From the IMG/VR virus record IMGVR_UViG_3300037755_000365, positions 1 to 57,692 of that record: a stretch of DNA of 57,692 nt, one strand, 5' to 3'. A program made the position numbers and the translations under genes. The DNA is from a virus. Below, piece by piece: positions 49,725 through 57,692 of this stretch (position 1 is its first letter; every line of letters starts with the position of its first letter). The notes beneath the pieces are model-generated. The model worked only from the letters and a program-made list of their open reading frames with translations. It searched no databases and was not told the DNA's origin.

Positions 49725-50435
49725 GTGGCCAAAACTTTGTTGGAGGGAGTCAACGCTGTCCTGACGAAGGTAGACGTGCTGGACAGCGATAGCGGTCTAT
49801 TGACCTCTCTCACCGACTCCGCAAGGCAGACGTACATCGATCTAGCGGTTCAAGTGCTGAACGAGTCGCTGGACCATCTGTATTCAGCCGCAGAAAAGAC
49901 CAAGCCGAAGCAGCTCGGTGAAGGAACGATTACGCTCATAGCCGGCGATCAGGACTACGCATTGAGTAGCGCTGTCGTGATCCTGAGACGCGAGTTCCAT
50001 CTGATCGACGAGACGAATAACCACACGATCGCGATTCTCGACGATGACGGGTATCGCCAGATCGTCATGGGAGATTTGGAGGCCAACGACACCGGACTTC
50101 CTTCCTGTGCGGCGATTCGCCCAACGGATGGAGAGTTGTTTTTCGATCGCGAACCGACTGCGGCCGAAGCAGGAAGGATCTACAAGTACCGTTACGACAA
50201 GGAACTTGAGTTGACCTTGGCGGCCGACACGTTCCCGTTCGGCAACGCAGCGTTTCGAGCACTTATCCCTGCGGCAGCGGAGCTGTGGAAGCTATACCGT
50301 CACCAGGAATTCTCGCAGGGTCTTTTCGATTCGTCACTAGCAAGAGCGGCGAGGATGGTGCTGATGCTTCCTGCAAGTGAATCCTGGATGCCGGGACGTT
50401 CAGGTGGTAATTCGACCGATCCGCTCGAAGCATGA
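49725..50435 (+). CDS. head-tail adaptor / tail-tube-A-like structural protein
   Basis: GTG at 49725; position in podovirus-like gene order. Confidence 0.5.
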   Translation: MAKTLLEGVNAVLTKVDVLDSDSGLLTSLTDSARQTYIDLAVQVLNESLDHLYSAAEKTKPKQLGEGTITLIAGDQDYALSSAVVILRREFHLIDETNNHTIAILDDDGYRQIVMGDLEANDTGLPSCAAIRPTDGELFFDREPTAAEAGRIYKYRYDKELELTLAADTFPFGNAAFRALIPAAAELWKLYRHQEFSQGLFDSSLARAARMVLMLPASESWMPGRSGGNSTDPLEA

Positions 50436-52045
50436 CGCAAAAGATTCGCGATGAGGGCGCCGAAGTCCTGCGCTTCGGCGGGGGTCAAAACTCGCGCTCA
50501 TCGGAAGATCAGATCGACCCGCTGGAATGCACGGGTGGACAGAACTACATCCTCGATCCTGGAAATGGGGAGTTTCGTCCAAGGGGTCCGTTCGACCTAA
50601 TCGGCACTGTTCCAAATGGAGCAGAAATTCGCGGGTTTGTAACCCTGCAGAAGTCTGACGGCACGGTCACGATGCTGGTTCAGGCCGGGGCTGTTGTTTA
50701 CTCGTGGGATGGCGCTTCGACCTTTACGGTGGTCGGAACCGTCAATCAACTGGCAAAGCTTCGGGGTCCGAGAGAAGCGAACTGGGCCTTGGACGATAAG
50801 GTCATCGTCTCGGACATCAACCTGCAGGAAGAGCTGCACGAGTGGGACGGAACGACGTTCCAGCAGGTAGCGTTTATCGAGAGTGACGGCTCAACATCGT
50901 TCGGAACGTTCAGGGCCAGGTATTGCATCGTCGAGAACGAGAGGGCGTTCTACGCCAACATTTACGACAACGGGGCCAGCTTCCCGCATTTGCTCGTCTC
51001 TAGCCAGAGGGGCGATTACACGGTTGTAGCGGCATCTGGAATGCCGGACGCCGACCGTCCGAGCTCTTCTCACGGAGACGAAGATCCGTGGTTTTTGCCC
51101 GTACCGCAACTCAAGCCGATCAACGGGCTTGCGTTTGCGTTCGGGCTTCTGGCGATCAGTCAGAGCAATGGCGCGTTCGAAAGGCTCTCTGGGTCAACGG
51201 CGAAGGACTTCTCGCTCACGAAGCTGCACGACGGGTCCGGTGCTTCTGGATTCGAGTCCGTGGTCGCGACGAGCAACGATATCGTTTACGGAGCACCGGG
51301 ACGCATCGAAAGCCTTGAATCGACCGATAAGTTCGGCGATGTGGAGTTCGACGACCTGTCGTTCAAGATCAAGACGGATATCGAGGATTACACCGGCTGG
51401 ATGCTGGTCTACAACCCGCGGCAAAAGCGCATCTACTGCTTTCCAGAAGATCAGCAGGAAGTGTGGGTGCTGCACATCGACTTTATTGGAACGGACCTAT
51501 CTCCGTGGGCCAAGTGGACGACTCGTCACGCACTGTCGTTTCTTCCCTCAGCCGTCATGGTGTGCCGAGACCCATCAGACGGTCTCGAGTACACGTTCAT
51601 GGGCGACTCGCAGGGAAACCTGTATCGGCTCGAAGGAACTGGCGCGAACGGTGATGGCGGAACCGATCCGGTAGAGGTAGAGAGAACGTCCAAGCTGTTT
51701 TCTGCCGGCCTCGATACGAAAGCGTTTCACATCGACGGTTGGCTGCAGCAGCGAAAGCTGGAGACTAGCAGCACGGTAACTCTCAGGTTCTTATTCTCAG
51801 GCGAGCATCCGCACGACGTTGAAAAACGCATCGTCACGTCTGCGGTCGTCTTCGACACACCTTACGGTGGAGCGGTCTACTATGGCGGTAACTTCTATTA
51901 CGGTCCCAAGCAACTCAACCGACTCGTCCGAAAGCTCTTCGGTGTTCCGGGGCTCGCCAACCAATTCCAAGTCGAAGTCTCGGTTGAAGGGCAGGATCAG
52001 TTTGCCATCACGGAAATCGGACTCCGATACGACATCTCGAGCTAA
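50432..52045 (+). CDS. tail-tube-B/nozzle-like structural protein
   Basis: 537 aa, beta-rich, position. Confidence 0.55.
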   Translation: MTQKIRDEGAEVLRFGGGQNSRSSEDQIDPLECTGGQNYILDPGNGEFRPRGPFDLIGTVPNGAEIRGFVTLQKSDGTVTMLVQAGAVVYSWDGASTFTVVGTVNQLAKLRGPREANWALDDKVIVSDINLQEELHEWDGTTFQQVAFIESDGSTSFGTFRARYCIVENERAFYANIYDNGASFPHLLVSSQRGDYTVVAASGMPDADRPSSSHGDEDPWFLPVPQLKPINGLAFAFGLLAISQSNGAFERLSGSTAKDFSLTKLHDGSGASGFESVVATSNDIVYGAPGRIESLESTDKFGDVEFDDLSFKIKTDIEDYTGWMLVYNPRQKRIYCFPEDQQEVWVLHIDFIGTDLSPWAKWTTRHALSFLPSAVMVCRDPSDGLEYTFMGDSQGNLYRLEGTGANGDGGTDPVEVERTSKLFSAGLDTKAFHIDGWLQQRKLETSSTVTLRFLFSGEHPHDVEKRIVTSAVVFDTPYGGAVYYGGNFYYGPKQLNRLVRKLFGVPGLANQFQVEVSVEGQDQFAITEIGLRYDISS

Positions 52046-52100
52046 GCAGCGGGATCTTCTCAAACGCAAGCCGAGAGTACGGCAGACGCAAGACTCCGAC

Positions 52101-52532
52101 ATGCGGTGGTTGTGGGCCGCGTACGAGATGGGCACGTGGCGCGAGATTATGGACGCCGAACTTCCGCAAAAAGCATTCGCGGAAAAGATGCTCGAAATGA
52201 TCGCGAGTTGCCCCTACGACTGGATTCTAGAAGCGAAGGGGAAAGAGGGGATCAGGCCAGTGGGTCTCGTGCTCGGCCAAAACGTCGGCAGGGGCATCGA
52301 GCCGTTCGTGGAGTGGTTTCCATGGGCGACCAAGAGGAACCAGATTGAAGCGGCGGCGGCATTCCTCAAAGAGATTTCGCCGCGGTTCAAGATTTTCGTC
52401 TTTGCGGATGAGCCGGAAGACAAGTTCTGGGGCAGGTTTGTTCGTCGTGGAATGATTCGGAGGGGGTGCAAGGTGGTCGATTACTTTTCCCGCGGGGAGC
52501 ACGCCCTGATGTTCTACACAGCAGGAACCTGA
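52101..52532 (+). CDS. conserved hypothetical (possible GNAT-like fold)
   Basis: ATG at 52101; VEWFPWATKRNQIEAAAAFL motif; upstream extension of track ORF overlaps previous gene. Confidence 0.5.
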   Translation: MRWLWAAYEMGTWREIMDAELPQKAFAEKMLEMIASCPYDWILEAKGKEGIRPVGLVLGQNVGRGIEPFVEWFPWATKRNQIEAAAAFLKEISPRFKIFVFADEPEDKFWGRFVRRGMIRRGCKVVDYFSRGEHALMFYTAGT

Positions 52533-52536
52533 TGCG

Positions 52537-53295
52537 ATGAAAGTCTGGACGAAATCTGTTTGGCAGATGACAGATGACGGGTTGGTGTTTTTGCCGTGTG
52601 AGTCCGAGTGCTTCGAATACGAAGGCTCGGTTGCTGAGGCAAAAAGCATCGTCAAGGGATTGTTCGGTGGCAAGAGCTCTTCCGAGAAGATTCTCAACAA
52701 GTTCACTCCTGCGAGTTTCACGGCGCCAGGATTGACCGGGCAGTTCAACCGCGGCACGAACACGTTCAACGTGCAACGTACTGCAGAGGGGCAACGCACG
52801 CTCGATGCGCTGCGTGGAGGATTCGAAGGATTTGCATCCACGATACGCGGGTTACGTCCAGATGTTGCGCCTGGCTTCGGCAGGTTGACCAAGAGTCGCG
52901 TAGACGCGATCCGTGGAGCCGGGCGAAGGGCCGTTGGGAATCTCCGCGAAGAGCTGTCGAGACGGCGAGTCCTTGGTTCCAGCTTCGCTCAGCGAGAAGT
53001 AGCAGCGACAGAGGCAGAGTTCGGACGTCAGGAAGAGGCGGCGAGAGCGGAGTCGTTCCTGCAGGAGCTAGAGCTTACGCGCGATCTCATCGGCCAGGAG
53101 TTCCAGGCATCGATCGCGGGTTCTGCAGCCGTGCTCGATCAATTGAATTTCGAGACGACGGTCTCAACCAATTTGAGCAACAGCGCGTCTCAGCAGATGC
53201 AGGCGAACATCACGGCACAAGCGCAGGCTAGATCTTCGCAAGAAGCCGGTACGGCGGAGTTTCTGGGCACGGTAATTGGCGCATTTTTGGGGTAA
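52537..53295 (+). CDS. internal virion/ejection-like protein
   Basis: 252 aa, helical, hydrophobic C-terminus; position. Confidence 0.5.
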   Translation: MKVWTKSVWQMTDDGLVFLPCESECFEYEGSVAEAKSIVKGLFGGKSSSEKILNKFTPASFTAPGLTGQFNRGTNTFNVQRTAEGQRTLDALRGGFEGFASTIRGLRPDVAPGFGRLTKSRVDAIRGAGRRAVGNLREELSRRRVLGSSFAQREVAATEAEFGRQEEAARAESFLQELELTRDLIGQEFQASIAGSAAVLDQLNFETTVSTNLSNSASQQMQANITAQAQARSSQEAGTAEFLGTVIGAFLG

Positions 53296-53299
53296 GTAG

Positions 53300-54670
53300 A
53301 TGGCCAACGGATTCGATTCTGCTGGAGCTGGGTTCTCTCGCGGGTTCGCGAGTGGGCGTCAGATAAAGGCGAACAAGCAAGCGGCAAGGAGCGAAGAGCA
53401 GGCAGCCAAGACAAAGCAGTTCAAAGAAACGCTCGATGCTGCGCGTGAGCAGTCTCTCGACACGTTTACGCAGTTCTCCGACCTTGCGAGACAAGTAGCC
53501 GAACGTGGTGGGACCGAGGATGAGATAGGGGAATTCCGTCGGGGGGCACAAGCAGCCCTAGCCACTTACGGACAAACGCTAGAGCAGATTCGCGCTCAAG
53601 CAACGAACCTTGGGCAAGACGGTTCTGTCGTCCCTTCTGGTCAAGACTTCGTGAACCAGCACATCGGCGTTTTCGATGCTGCCGTGAAGGCTGGATCGAT
53701 GATGACGCCTGGGCAGACGGGTGCCAGGACCGCACAGGAAAAGATGGCCGAAGCGAAAGCCGTGGCAGATGAGTTCGGCGTGCCAGCGGAACGTGTTGCA
53801 GCGGCAATGGGCATTGTTCCGGGACAGAACATTGCTCGCGTCGGTCAGCGTGTCGTCAAAGACATGGGTGAGGCCGAAGTGTTCTTGGACGAAGACACCA
53901 ACGAGCTATTCGTGCAGGACGCGGAAGGCAACCGAACCGTGCTCCCGAGCGATGCGCTGACGACGCCTATCGAGAGAAGCGAGACCGGAGGACCGGGCTC
54001 GTTCGATCCGAGAACTCAGTCTCAGCTTGGTGAAGCCACATCTAATTTTCAAAGCGCTGCCGTGGGTAGCAGTGTTGCGATCCAGTCTGCTGCCGGGCTC
54101 TTGGCCATCGCGAAAGAAAGCCCAGAAGCGCTTGGCGCTCCTGGAACTATTCTGCGTATTGGCAATGAATTCGTTAGAACCGCAGTGTCTTTGGCGCAGA
54201 TGTTTCCGAGACCGGAGAACAGAGAAGTCGCTCCAGAACGGAATATGGAGAACTTCAATTTCGAGAACTTCAAGGGTCAGATGCGGGAAACGGCCATTGA
54301 GAGTCAGGCTTTCAGGTCTGGCGTGTTCGGAATAGCGTTTGCGGCAGCCGTCGCAGACCAAGGCACACGCCCGACCGACAAAGATATTCAGGCGTTCATT
54401 GACCAGATTGGCGGATCGACTGCCGACCCGGAAGGTTTCGCGCGAACGATCAAGACGTTCGTGGAGCGGATCGATTACAGGTTAAGAGCAACAGCACGTG
54501 TGATGAAGATTCCTGCAGACGTGCAAGAGCCTGCATTCGCCGAAATAGATTCAGCACTTGAAGAATTCAATGCGTTCTTCGCGCAAAGCAAGCCGGAAGA
54601 GCTAGAAGGCTTCGGCGACTTGACGCCGGAAGAGCAGGAAGAGCTTCGGGAGCTGATGCGTGGCAACTAG
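53300..54670 (+). CDS. internal virion/ejection-like protein with N-terminal GFSRGF motif
   Basis: 456 aa; MANGFDSAGAGFSRGFASG; position. Confidence 0.55.
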   Translation: MANGFDSAGAGFSRGFASGRQIKANKQAARSEEQAAKTKQFKETLDAAREQSLDTFTQFSDLARQVAERGGTEDEIGEFRRGAQAALATYGQTLEQIRAQATNLGQDGSVVPSGQDFVNQHIGVFDAAVKAGSMMTPGQTGARTAQEKMAEAKAVADEFGVPAERVAAAMGIVPGQNIARVGQRVVKDMGEAEVFLDEDTNELFVQDAEGNRTVLPSDALTTPIERSETGGPGSFDPRTQSQLGEATSNFQSAAVGSSVAIQSAAGLLAIAKESPEALGAPGTILRIGNEFVRTAVSLAQMFPRPENREVAPERNMENFNFENFKGQMRETAIESQAFRSGVFGIAFAAAVADQGTRPTDKDIQAFIDQIGGSTADPEGFARTIKTFVERIDYRLRATARVMKIPADVQEPAFAEIDSALEEFNAFFAQSKPEELEGFGDLTPEEQEELRELMRGN

Positions 54671-57302
54671 CGCCAAGGAGATGCTTGAAAAGCTGCGGGC
54701 CGAGAATAATCCGGCTCGTCAGCAACTAGAGCAGCTTCGCCAACAACGCTCCGCGCAGGAACTGGAGGGCGTCGATACGACTCCGTTCGAAATCCCGATG
54801 GCGAAGGCTAGCCCGTCTGTCGGCGGAACTGGTGGTCTGAGGGAAACGACTCCGCAACCGTTGAAGTTGGCGCCCGAGATTCAGACCGCCGCGCAGTCCG
54901 GTGTCGATGTCCTGTCTGGAGCGCCAACAGGGCGCGCTTTTGCTGGATTTGCACAGAATCAGGCCCTACAGGCACAGGAGCTAGAAAAGGCGCTCACGGA
55001 GCACTACGGGAAGTCTGTGCGGGTCCGCGTTGGACCGCAGAGCAAGCAGCTCGAGTTCCTGAATCCCGAGACGAACCGTTTCACGCTCGTCGATGAGGCC
55101 AAGGTTTCCTTACGAGACATCCAGGAGATGGCAGGCCCCGCGATCACGATGGGCGGCGCCGTGGCCGGAGAACTCATTGCTGGGCCTCCAGGAGCCGCTG
55201 CCGGTGCTGCGGTCGGTGAAGGCGTCCGTAGAGCCATCGGCACGGCTGCGGGCGTGCGAGATGAGACTGCCGAGGAAACCGTCAAGGGAGTGGCCGGAGT
55301 TGCCGCGATTGAAGGTGTTGCATCAGGGGCGGGTCATTTGGTCGCGAGAGCAGCACAAGGAGCGAGAAACCTTGTCCGCCCTGCGGCCGTTTCGCCTAGT
55401 GAGGCGCAGCGGCTGCTATCCGCATCGGAAGCGGCCCAGTCCGTCGCCGATGAAATCTCAGCCAGAACAGGACAACCGTTGCGGCCGTTCACCGGCCAGA
55501 TGGCCGAAGACCCCGCGCTGATCGGAGAGCAGCAACGAATCCTTTCGAGTCGCCAGACCGGCGTCGAGGCGAGACGGCAGTTGGCTCAAAACGAGACGAC
55601 GCTTGAGGCGTTTTTCGATCAAGTCACACCTGGAGATGCCGGACCGTTGACTGCCACCGGCAGAGCCATACAGACCGAGGCTCGTGAGCAAACCCAGCCA
55701 CGCATCGAAGCCATAAGCGACGGCGTGCAGCGGCAAATATCCGATCTCGAGGGAATGACCTCTGCGCTTCCTCGTGCTCAAAACCAGCAGATCGGCAACC
55801 AGCTCAGAGAGCTTGCCTATACTCAAAGAGTCGCACTGAAAGAAGTCGAGGATCGTGCGTGGGATTCGGTGAGACGCGGGATGGGCGTCAACCCTGAGAC
55901 ATCCCTGTCGCAATACCAAGTTCCTGTTAGCGGCGATCTCGAGAAGACATTGCTCCAATTGCGTGCCGAGGCACAGCAAGCGCTCGATCCTGCTACGTCG
56001 GCCGGAAAGCGGCAGTTGGCAACTGAGCGTCTATTGCCAGACCCAGAAGACTTGAGCGATGACGACCTGGAATTGCTTCGCACGTTCGGAATGTCAGTAG
56101 ACGACCAGCAACACACGGTCGATCTCAACCAAGTTCAGGTGCTTTTGCAGTCGCTACGTAAGCGGGAGCGGATCTCTCGCCAAGGAGTGGTCGCAACCGA
56201 TCCGGCTGGACGGGACATCAGCAGGCTGAGAGACGCGCTGGTGACGCAGCGTAATACCTATCTGCGAGAGGTGGACCCTGAGCTTTTGATCGAGCTCGAG
56301 GCGGCTGAAGCGTTGACAGCGACCAGGGCAAGGCTTTTCGACAAGGGGCTGGTTGGCGGGATTCTTCGGCGTATCGACGGCGAGTATGCGATCACGGATT
56401 CTGAAGTTGTTGGCAGAACAATAGGCTCAGGAGACCCAGAGGCCATTCAGCACTTGGTCAGCGTGCTGTCTACTCATCCAGCAGGTGTTCCAACGCTGCA
56501 AAATTCCATGCTGGCCGTGTACCGCAACGAGGTTATTCGAGACGGTGTTCCGCGCGGGGAACTTCACCGTCGATTCATCGAGCGACACGGAGAAGCATTG
56601 AATGCGCTTTTCCCCGGCGAAAAGAAAATCCTCGAGCTTGGCGAATTCGAAAAAGTGGTGACTCGCAACGTCAAGCGTTTCGAAGACTTAGAAAAAGGTG
56701 TGCAGAGAAGCTTCCGCGGAAAGATTCAGGATTTAGCACCAGAAAGAATTGCCGAGAACGCGCTGAGTAACTCGTTTTCCGTCAAAGATGTGAGCCGGTT
56801 GATGTCACTGGCGGACGCAGCGGGCATGAAAGACCAGTATCAGCGCGCGGTTGGCGACATGATTCGGCGCCGGTACGTTTCGAATACTGGCGGGATCAAT
56901 TTCAACACGCTGGAAAAGTTCGTCGGCAAGGAATCGGAAAGGCTCTCGGCCGTTTTCGGGCCAGGGTATGTCCGCGACATGCGGTTATTGCTGAAAGGAC
57001 TTTCGACGGTTAGAACAACTGCAGGGGGCATTGCGACAACTCGTAATCCGACGCTGATGGAAGCACTGGCACGCACTACGGTTGCCAGGCCGCTATCTCC
57101 TGGTGGCGTCGCGTTGACGCGCTTTCTCGGATACCGGCAGCGAGCTGGGGAGCGAATGATCGCCGAGGCGATCATGAGTCCGCAGGGGTTGCACGCCATC
57201 ATCCAGCAGGGGCAAACCGACATCGCAGATAGGAAGATAGCTCAGCTACTCGCTGTCATGGGCGCATCATCGCTTGCGATAGAGGCCAACGAAGGTGAGT
57301 AA
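54660..57302 (+). CDS. large internal virion/ejection-like protein
   Basis: 880 aa, helical; precedes tail fibre genes. Confidence 0.6.
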   Translation: MATSAKEMLEKLRAENNPARQQLEQLRQQRSAQELEGVDTTPFEIPMAKASPSVGGTGGLRETTPQPLKLAPEIQTAAQSGVDVLSGAPTGRAFAGFAQNQALQAQELEKALTEHYGKSVRVRVGPQSKQLEFLNPETNRFTLVDEAKVSLRDIQEMAGPAITMGGAVAGELIAGPPGAAAGAAVGEGVRRAIGTAAGVRDETAEETVKGVAGVAAIEGVASGAGHLVARAAQGARNLVRPAAVSPSEAQRLLSASEAAQSVADEISARTGQPLRPFTGQMAEDPALIGEQQRILSSRQTGVEARRQLAQNETTLEAFFDQVTPGDAGPLTATGRAIQTEAREQTQPRIEAISDGVQRQISDLEGMTSALPRAQNQQIGNQLRELAYTQRVALKEVEDRAWDSVRRGMGVNPETSLSQYQVPVSGDLEKTLLQLRAEAQQALDPATSAGKRQLATERLLPDPEDLSDDDLELLRTFGMSVDDQQHTVDLNQVQVLLQSLRKRERISRQGVVATDPAGRDISRLRDALVTQRNTYLREVDPELLIELEAAEALTATRARLFDKGLVGGILRRIDGEYAITDSEVVGRTIGSGDPEAIQHLVSVLSTHPAGVPTLQNSMLAVYRNEVIRDGVPRGELHRRFIERHGEALNALFPGEKKILELGEFEKVVTRNVKRFEDLEKGVQRSFRGKIQDLAPERIAENALSNSFSVKDVSRLMSLADAAGMKDQYQRAVGDMIRRRYVSNTGGINFNTLEKFVGKESERLSAVFGPGYVRDMRLLLKGLSTVRTTAGGIATTRNPTLMEALARTTVARPLSPGGVALTRFLGYRQRAGERMIAEAIMSPQGLHAIIQQGQTDIADRKIAQLLAVMGASSLAIEANEGE

Positions 57303-57692
57303 TCCGTACAGCTCCGTCACGATCCAGAACTACAACATTTCGCCTCCAAGCGACGACGGTTCTGCGATTGCCACGAATCAGCTCGAATGGTCCAAGCACA
57401 AAACGAAGCTTGGTGATCCGCTCAAGACCGCAATCGAGTCGATCAACACGAATGCGATAGCTGCCTTCGGCAAGCGGTTCGGGACGGAGGTTTCTGAGCA
57501 TTCATCGAACTATCAGATAGTCCCCGGAGACCAAGGAAAGTATCTCGTCGGGACGTCTGGTTTCACGTTCACGCTGCCTGCAGCAAGTGATGCGGGAGAG
57601 GGATTCCCCCTCCTGATCGTGAACAGCGGGACCGCGAACGTCACGATCGATGGTAATGCGTCAGAACTCATCAATGGTGAGACATCGCTCGT
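57295..57692 (+). CDS. tail fibre / receptor-binding protein 1, 5' part (continues at base 31 of the window)
   Basis: GTG overlaps upstream TAA (GTGAGTAA); VSNPYSSVTIQNYNISPPSDDGSAIATNQLEWSKHKTKLGDPLKT shares the anchor motif with 705..2657. Confidence 0.7.
   Translation, partial: MSNPYSSVTIQNYNISPPSDDGSAIATNQLEWSKHKTKLGDPLKTAIESINTNAIAAFGKRFGTEVSEHSSNYQIVPGDQGKYLVGTSGFTFTLPAASDAGEGFPLLIVNSGTANVTIDGNASELINGETSL
57663..57692. repeat. 30-nt terminal overlap (copy 2)
   Basis: Identical to 1..30. Confidence 0.95.

Noticed and set aside
49046-49837. 263-aa minus-strand ORF, and similar long antisense/alternate-frame ORFs (e.g. 21119..21823, 21279..22076, 26600..27163, 26775..27401, 34585..35316)
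   Set aside because: They are Leu/Arg/Pro/Ser-rich shadow frames of clearly homologous or well-supported plus-strand genes in GC-rich DNA. They have no SD and no motif content.
1-57692. CRISPR array, diversity-generating retroelement or retron (repeats near the RBP genes and in 34.0-34.5 kb prompted the check)
   Set aside because: There is no regularly spaced repeat array, no reverse-transcriptase-like ORF (no YxDD-type protein) in any frame, and no TR/VR pair matching the fibre C-termini.

Overview
The window is a complete, circularly closing genome of a temperate, podovirus-like dsDNA phage. The first 30 nt are identical to the last 30 nt, giving a unit length of 57,662 bp. It is GC-rich and tightly packed, with many ATGA/GTGA stop-start overlaps. 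All functions below are read by eye from translations and motifs; no database search was run.

Modules:
- (1) Receptor-binding and lysis region (57295 -> junction -> 7388). It holds two receptor-binding proteins with a shared N-terminal anchor (one spans the contig junction), an AT3 O-acyltransferase on the opposite strand, a TIGR02594/NlpC-P60-like lysin, and a run of small membrane/coiled-coil proteins interrupted by an endonuclease-like cassette.
- (2) Leftward early operon (18608 -> 7405). It holds many tiny, often Cys-rich ORFs, an Erf + YqaJ-exonuclease pair, an orphan C5 DNA methyltransferase, and a metallophosphoesterase. It also holds a tyrosine integrase next to the 3' half of a tRNA-Thr(CGU) gene (candidate attP).
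- (3) Divergent CI-like/Cro-like switch (18.9-19.4 kb).
- (4) Rightward early genes: replisome organizer, Toprim primase-helicase, HNH, Ref-like nuclease, PD-(D/E)xK nuclease, NinB and a Q-like regulator.
- (5) At 26.3 kb, a sigma70-like promoter plus hairpin/terminator (PR-prime/tR-prime-like) opens a long late transcription unit. It begins with accessory genes: three Sec-signal, disulfide-rich proteins (two very large), a glycosyltransferase, HNH/HTH morons, and a 0.5-kb ORF-free structured region. A ~6.8-kb island follows (radical SAM + 4 SAM-methyltransferase folds + 4 glycosyltransferase-like genes) that is translationally coupled into terL.
- (6) Structural genes: TerL, portal, scaffold, major capsid (strong terminator after it), tail-tube-like and internal-virion-like proteins.

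I found no rRNA, intact tRNA, CRISPR array, reverse transcriptase or transposase.

Most interesting:
- the rSAM/MT/GT island fused to terL;
- the secreted GH-like and cadherin/PASTA-like giant proteins;
- a 78-bp inverted repeat embedded in frame in two coiled-coil genes 17.5 kb apart;
- a recurring GFSRG peptide motif;
- the 0.5-kb non-coding region.
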